NCBI GenBank assembly: GCA_039679675.1
Contig: JBDKUN010000033.1
Coordinates: 1 to 64,000 of the forward strand
Direction of reading: 5' to 3'
DNA: 64,000 nt
Source: Armatimonadota bacterium
GTDB lineage: Bacteria > Armatimonadota > UBA5829 > DTLH01
Shown: piece after piece, positions 59,130 through 64,000 of the stretch
How the letters are laid out: every line of letters begins with the position of its first letter
Position numbering within the stretch: position 1 is the first letter of the stretch
The notes under the pieces: generated by a model
What the model was told of the DNA's origin: nothing
The model's database searches: none
Seen by the model: only the letters and a program-made list of their open reading frames with translations
Program-made: the position numbers and the translations under genes

Positions 59130-60319
59130 TGTCCTACACCCTGGGCACGCTGAGCTGTTTTGCCTTCACTTGGAAGCGATGGCGCGATAACAAGCTCCGC
59201 CTGCTGCATTTCTTTGATATTATGAGCGCCGCAGTAGCTCATTGCAAACTGCAGAGCGCCTACAAGGTTCATAGTGCCGTTGTCGGTCTTTGCCGGACCG
59301 TAAAGAAGCTCTTCAAGCGTTCCGTTGATCCCGACATGAACGCGAGTGCCTCTCGGAAGCCCTGGGCTTGAAGTCGCCATGCCCCAGTGATAGCCTTTGC
59401 CGGGAGCTTCAGCAGTCGTCGAGACTGGAGAACCGATCATAACAGCGTCAGCGCCAGCGACTATAGCCTTCACAATGTCGCCGCCGCATCTCATGCCGCC
59501 GTCTGCGATAACAGGGACGTATCTGCCCGTTTTGGCTTCATAATCGTCTCTTGCTGCGGCTGCATCGGCGGTTGCCGTGATTTGCGGGACTCCGATAGCA
59601 CAGACTTTTCGGGTTGTGCAGGCCGCGCCCGGCCCTACGCCTGAAAGAACAGCGGCAGCGCCAGCTTCCATGTAGCTAAGTGCGCTTTCGTAGGACGAAC
59701 AGTTGCCGATAATAACCGGAATATTCGACTCTTTGCAGAAATCGGCCAAGTCCATTCCGGCGTCCTTGGAAGAAACGAACTTTGTGCTTGTGACTGAGGA
59801 TTGGATAACGGCGACATCAGCACCTGCATCAAAAATGGTCTTCGCGAGTCTCTTCATCCCCATAGGGGTTGCTGCGACTGCTGCAAGCTGCCCTGCGGCT
59901 TTAATCTCTTTGATTCTTTTTGCTACAAGTTCGGGTTTGATTGGTTCCTGGTAAATCTTTTGAATGGTGGGGATGACTGATTCGGCGGGAGCTTCGATGA
60001 TTTGCTTAATGGCGGCATCAGCGTCTTCATAACGCGCCTGGACGCCTTCAATGTTCACAACAGCAAGTCCGCCGAGCTTTCCCATCGCAATGGCGAGCCT
60101 GGGATCGGCAGTGCCGTCCATAGCCGATGCAAGGATCGGGATTCGAAACGCATGATTGCCCAAATGCCAGCCTGTATCGACATCTGCGACATCAATGCTG
60201 ACCGCCGCGGGCACAACGGCCACCTCGTCAAAACCATAGGCTCGCCTGGCCTTTTTCCTGCCCCCGACAACTACTTCCAAAATGCACTTTCCTCCTGGCT
60301 TTTCGGAATATGATAGCAA
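59120..60319 (-). CDS. guaB: IMP dehydrogenase family protein lacking CBS subdomain (399 aa)
   Basis: Catalytic loop [16 protein letters not shown] barrel; too short to contain CBS pair; overlaps guaA start. Confidence 0.7.
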   Translation of the reverse strand: MLSYSEKPGGKCILEVVVGGRKKARRAYGFDEVAVVPAAVSIDVADVDTGWHLGNHAFRIPILASAMDGTADPRLAIAMGKLGGLAVVNIEGVQARYEDADAAIKQIIEAPAESVIPTIQKIYQEPIKPELVAKRIKEIKAAGQLAAVAATPMGMKRLAKTIFDAGADVAVIQSSVTSTKFVSSKDAGMDLADFCKESNIPVIIGNCSSYESALSYMEAGAAAVLSGVGPGAACTTRKVCAIGVPQITATADAAAARDDYEAKTGRYVPVIADGGMRCGGDIVKAIVAGADAVMIGSPVSTTAEAPGKGYHWGMATSSPGLPRGTRVHVGINGTLEELLYGPAKTDNGTMNLVGALQFAMSYCGAHNIKEMQQAELVIAPSLPSEGKTAQRAQGVGQWR

Positions 60320-60427
60320 AGGAAGAGCTGGAAGTCAATCGGATTCGGGTTCAACCGGTGATATTTCGCGAATTATGTTGTTTTTAGGCCGTAATCTGTT
60401 GATAATCCATCCTGAATAGAAGATGGA

Positions 60428-61435
60428 CTAATACATAAGCGACACATCGAAGCGGGGAGTACGGCCTCTGCGGATCTTCTTTATCCATTTATCCAGTTGG
60501 CTTTGACCATTATTCCAAAACTCTTTGCATAGTGCCAGATACTCAAGAACGACTTCCTTCTCGCCAAGCTCCAGCAATTCCTTTGCGAGCATCATACCAG
60601 GATCGAATTTAAAGAATCCTTGTGAATCAGGTATGTGACCAGAGTTCAACAGATATTCCTTGGCTTTTGGTAAATCATCTTTGATAAGCGCAACTCGGCC
60701 AAGTGTCAAATTCCCTGCGTGAAAAGCCTCCTGGAAATTAAAGTAATCTTTGTGCTTTACAAGTTTCTGAAGCAATTTGTCAGCATATATTGCTGCTTTA
60801 TCGGTGTCTTCGGCACTAAACGCCGATTTAGCAAGATTCTCCAGTATAGATATTTGACCAAAATCATGATCTTGAGAAGATAGTCTATATGCTTTTTCGA
60901 ATTCCTCTAAAGCAACCGCTGCGTTAGTCCGGATTCTCTCAGTAGTATTATGAATAGGTAATGTATCCAGCATGTATACATGGCCTAGTTTATCAGGCCA
61001 TGTAGGGTTATCGGGCTCGATTATTTGTGCCTTTTTGAGGAGTTCGATTGCAATCTCTCGCTCATGGATTGTGAAGAAGTTTGCTGCATTGCCGAGTATT
61101 TTTGTGTTCTCTGGCTTTGCACTGACATGATTCAGCCAAAGGGTTTTTGCTATAGGGTAAGTATCTTTATCTATTATAGGGTTGAGAATAAATGGAGGCA
61201 TCCCAGCAATGCAATCTTCGGGACAATTTTCAATGACCCAAAGCACATGCTGCCCTCTTTTTTGGCGAGCAGCAATTCCTCTTCCTGCGAAGCAATATCC
61301 AATCAACATTGCACGTGAGTTTATATCTTCCGGATTGACCTTGAGTTTTTTCTCTAATTCATCAGCTTTATCCGGTGAGAGGTCTACTCCTTCGAAGAAT
61401 ATTGAATGAGTAAGATATTCGTCGCTCTCGTCCAT
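60428..61435 (-). CDS. TPR-repeat protein
   Basis: Repeated helical TPR-like units. Confidence 0.55.
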   Translation of the reverse strand: MDESDEYLTHSIFFEGVDLSPDKADELEKKLKVNPEDINSRAMLIGYCFAGRGIAARQKRGQHVLWVIENCPEDCIAGMPPFILNPIIDKDTYPIAKTLWLNHVSAKPENTKILGNAANFFTIHEREIAIELLKKAQIIEPDNPTWPDKLGHVYMLDTLPIHNTTERIRTNAAVALEEFEKAYRLSSQDHDFGQISILENLAKSAFSAEDTDKAAIYADKLLQKLVKHKDYFNFQEAFHAGNLTLGRVALIKDDLPKAKEYLLNSGHIPDSQGFFKFDPGMMLAKELLELGEKEVVLEYLALCKEFWNNGQSQLDKWIKKIRRGRTPRFDVSLMY

Positions 61436-61440
61436 GCTTG

Positions 61441-62052
61441 CTACTCCCAGAGGTTTAACTGTTCCTTTTCGACGCTTTTAGTCTGTTGATCGGATGGTTT
61501 CGCCGGTCTTGACGGCTTATCCTTGCCGAACTGGCGAGGACTCTTGGATGGAGTGCTCTTCTTTGCGGCTGACGAGCCACGCGAGGATGGCTTTGCAGGT
61601 TTCGCCTTTTCCTTCTTTGCAGCTCGTGCCGGGCCTTCGGGATGGTAGTCGGCTCTCCGTCGAGCGGCATCGCTTGCCAGCCTATCGGCATGGGCGTTCT
61701 CTCTGCGCGGTACATGGGCAATCCGAGCATCGGGAAAATGCGAAAACAGCTCTTTTACTTCGTAATACATGACCGCAAGGTGTTCGGCCCTTACTTTGTA
61801 AACCCCGCCGACCTGTTTCGCGAGGAGTTCGCTGTCTGTAGTAACTCGAATTTGCTTCACACCGAGCTTCAGAGCTTCCTTGAGTCCCCTGATCAGTGCG
61901 GAATATTCGGCGACATTGTTGGTTGTCTCTCCGATGTATTCGCCGATCTCTTTTATCACTTCTCCGGCTTCGTTATAAATAACGACTCCGATGCCTGCTG
62001 CGCCGGGGTTGCCCTTCGAAGCGCCGTCTATGGCAAGTCTAACACTCGTCAT
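61441..62052 (-). CDS. rnhA: Ribonuclease HI with Lys/Pro/Ser-rich basic C-terminal tail
   Basis: LAIDGASKGNPGAAGIGVV..AEYSALIRGL..TDSELLAKQ RNase H fold; tail AKKEKAKPAKPSS..AKKSTPSKSPR. Confidence 0.75.
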   Translation of the reverse strand: MTSVRLAIDGASKGNPGAAGIGVVIYNEAGEVIKEIGEYIGETTNNVAEYSALIRGLKEALKLGVKQIRVTTDSELLAKQVGGVYKVRAEHLAVMYYEVKELFSHFPDARIAHVPRRENAHADRLASDAARRRADYHPEGPARAAKKEKAKPAKPSSRGSSAAKKSTPSKSPRQFGKDKPSRPAKPSDQQTKSVEKEQLNLWE

Positions 62053-62801
62053 TATTCATCCAGAAACAGTATCCTGCCGCAGCTTTCGCAAACCTGATAC
62101 TGTTCACCTTCCTTTAGGAGTCTTTGAGCGTAAGGAGTCAATCCGACATGGCATCCGCCGCACTGGTTGTTTTCTACTTTGGCAAGTCCGGTGTCCTTGT
62201 GCCGTGATTTGATGGACTCGTAGCGCTGAAGGATGGCGCGGTCCGTGACTGCCGATGTGCGCTTTTGCCGCTCCGCATTCAACTGTTCGATAAGCGCGCT
62301 CAATTCTTTGTGTTTTGCCTGATACTTGCTCACGATATTGGCCACATGCTGCCTGAACTGTTTCAATACGTCTTCCAGCTTGTTTGCATCAGCGCGTCTG
62401 GTCTCGATGGCCTCGTAGAGCTCAAGTATGTGCTCATCGAGCTTTTCCCTGGACTTTCCGAGCATTGCGATCTCTTTTTCCATGCTCGAAAGCTCTTTGG
62501 GATTGGCGACCTGGCCCGTGTAGAGCTTCTTCTCGCAGTTCTGTTTCTTGGTTTCGACGGTTTTTAGGTTGAGTTCGCTGTCCTTAAGATCGGATTCGAG
62601 CTTTTTGATGTCTCCTAATGAAGACTGGAGTTTCTTTTCCGCATCGGATAGCTGTTTTTGAAGCGCTGCACCGTTATCGAGTGCCGCGAGGGCTTTATTG
62701 GCCGCGGCGATCTGCAGGTCTACTTGCTGAAGTTCATATAGAGCCCTAAGTTGTGATTTCATCCGAGGCTCCTTCCAAACCGCGTATTTGCGGTAGAGCA
62801 A
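62052..62801 (-). CDS. Zinc-ribbon coiled-coil protein (COG1579-like)
   Basis: Long coiled coil; C-terminal CGGCHVGLTP...CESCGRILF zinc ribbon. Confidence 0.6.
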   Translation of the reverse strand: MLYRKYAVWKEPRMKSQLRALYELQQVDLQIAAANKALAALDNGAALQKQLSDAEKKLQSSLGDIKKLESDLKDSELNLKTVETKKQNCEKKLYTGQVANPKELSSMEKEIAMLGKSREKLDEHILELYEAIETRRADANKLEDVLKQFRQHVANIVSKYQAKHKELSALIEQLNAERQKRTSAVTDRAILQRYESIKSRHKDTGLAKVENNQCGGCHVGLTPYAQRLLKEGEQYQVCESCGRILFLDE

Positions 62802-62831
62802 TTTTAGCAGTAATTACAGCTGCAATCAATC

Positions 62832-63515
62832 CTATAATCGAACGTAGGGCCGCATTTGTTCAAGTTTCTTCGGCCCTATTCCTTTTACGTTCTCAAGCTG
62901 CTCTATTGTGCTGAACCTGCCGACTTGATTTCGATAGTCGATGATTTTCTGTGCAGTGACGGGGCCTACTCCCGGCAGTTGATCGAGTTCTGCCAGCCCG
63001 GCAGTGTTGATGTTGACCATTACCGCACCGGATGTGCTGCCGGAAGCTCTGGATGGGGGAGGGGCTAAAGCCGCAGCCCTGCTGTTATCGATTGGTTGGC
63101 CGACGGCAGGGGCCGCTGGGCTTTTCGAGGGTACCAGTATCTGCGTTCCGTCCTGGACTTTGGCTGCAAGGTTTATCGCATCGAGCCGGGCGTCGCTTGT
63201 AGGCCCGCCAGCCATATGGATTGCATCGATCACGCGGCTGTCGGGGCTGAGACGGTAGACGCTGGGCTTTTTAACGCAGCCCGCAACGTGGACGACTACT
63301 TCGCGGGTGGCACCGGATGGTCTTGATGGTGTGATCGCCGGGGCGTCCGACGTAATACCGGTGTTTGATCCTCCGTCTACAATAGATACTCTCGAACTAT
63401 TCAAGGTAGGCCTGTTCGCGTTGCGAATGCGGCTGTAAGCCAGCCCCAAAAGAGAGATTCCTACGATAAATACCAGTGCAATTTGTGCATTTTTGGAGAA
63501 ATTGAGGTTTGTCAA
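62832..63515 (-). CDS. comEA: Competence protein ComEA (SLBB + tandem HhH)
   Basis: VNINTAGLAELDQLPGVGPVTAQKIIDYR..GIGPKKLEQMRPYV. Confidence 0.7.
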   Translation of the reverse strand: MTNLNFSKNAQIALVFIVGISLLGLAYSRIRNANRPTLNSSRVSIVDGGSNTGITSDAPAITPSRPSGATREVVVHVAGCVKKPSVYRLSPDSRVIDAIHMAGGPTSDARLDAINLAAKVQDGTQILVPSKSPAAPAVGQPIDNSRAAALAPPPSRASGSTSGAVMVNINTAGLAELDQLPGVGPVTAQKIIDYRNQVGRFSTIEQLENVKGIGPKKLEQMRPYVRL

Positions 63516-63720
63516 TTTATGTCACCCATTCGGATAATTATTGTTTGGAGTGACAATTCCTCCTGAGGCTGCCTAATGAAATCAAACTTCTTTGCGCAGC
63601 CTGTGTGATTATGGTAAACTTAAAACCGGCAAAGCAGCGCTTTGTGCTGCGTCAATAATTCTTGTGAATCCTTTGGAGACGGCCGGTTGCAAGCGACTGT
63701 TGCACCGGCCTCGTAATATA

Positions 63721-64000
63721 ATGAGATCAGCAATTTGGTGGGTAATCCCAGTCCTGGCAATTGCACTTCTGGCGGGATGTTCCAGGGTGGAGAAGCCGCA
63801 GACGGAAAATTTGGGTAATCAGGCAAAGCAACAGGTCAAATCGCCTGGAGAGCCTTCCGGTAAACCGGGCTCCAAGCCGGCTAAGCCGGATACAGAGTCT
63901 CAAAGCGGTAAAAAAGAAGAACCGGCTGCACCGAAGCTTAAAGTAGTCGGCCAAAAGGTGAGTCTGAATTGGCAGGAGGGCGGCAAACCCAAGCTTTCAG
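63721..64000 (+). CDS. Lipoprotein (5' partial; runs off window end)
   Basis: MRSAIWWVIPVLAIALLAGCS lipobox; open frame to end of window. Confidence 0.45.
   Translation, partial: MRSAIWWVIPVLAIALLAGCSRVEKPQTENLGNQAKQQVKSPGEPSGKPGSKPAKPDTESQSGKKEEPAAPKLKVVGQKVSLNWQEGGKPKLS

Noticed and set aside
63620-63954. Two short minus-strand ORFs (68 and 75 aa)
   Set aside because: Overlap the 5' end of a well-formed plus-strand lipoprotein gene (lipobox LLAGC) and its upstream region; no support.

Overview
This ~64 kb window is a densely coding bacterial chromosomal segment (GC roughly 50%) with no rRNA and one tRNA (tRNA-Gln). It is dominated by housekeeping genes. Lineage cannot be assigned from sequence alone.

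Housekeeping content:
- A co-directional purine-biosynthesis supercluster: dnaB-purD-purE-[membrane protein]-purB-purS-purQ-purL-purF-purM-purN.
- A minus-strand block: guaB(CBS-less)-guaA-hpt, rho, a DUF151 nuclease, ogg, RNase HI, a COG1579 zinc-ribbon protein and comEA.
- Scattered housekeeping genes: argS, aspA, rplI, rpmB, thyX, mpg, ftsY and mlaEFD.

Accessory content:
- An EPS locus: Wza/Wzc-like export, exosortase plus EpsI, a GT4 glycosyltransferase and a radical-SAM/SPASM enzyme.
- Two small prepilin-type proteins.
- A flotillin-like SPFH protein next to an ECF sigma factor that carries a long C-terminal extension.
- A GHMP-kinase/UroD-like gene pair, an orphan hydF-like GTPase and an HD-GYP protein.
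- A tandem cluster of three secreted proteins of unknown function; the last has ankyrin repeats.

I found no CRISPR array, transposase, integrase or recognisable canonical defense/TA system.

The most unusual sequence-level signal is several families of short, hairpin-bearing dispersed repeats (MITE/REP-like) in intergenic spacers. They sit inside the pur operon (purB|purS and purF|purM spacers), after tRNA-Gln, after rplI, and between convergent genes. Some form composite elements of about 140-160 bp with TIR-like ends.

Other oddities:
- An 85-codon trpS N-terminal remnant abutting a DUF885 gene.
- An ArgRS whose HIGH motif reads TVGS.
- An uncharacterised polytopic membrane protein translationally coupled inside the pur operon.
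- A conserved leader motif shared by two nearby genes.
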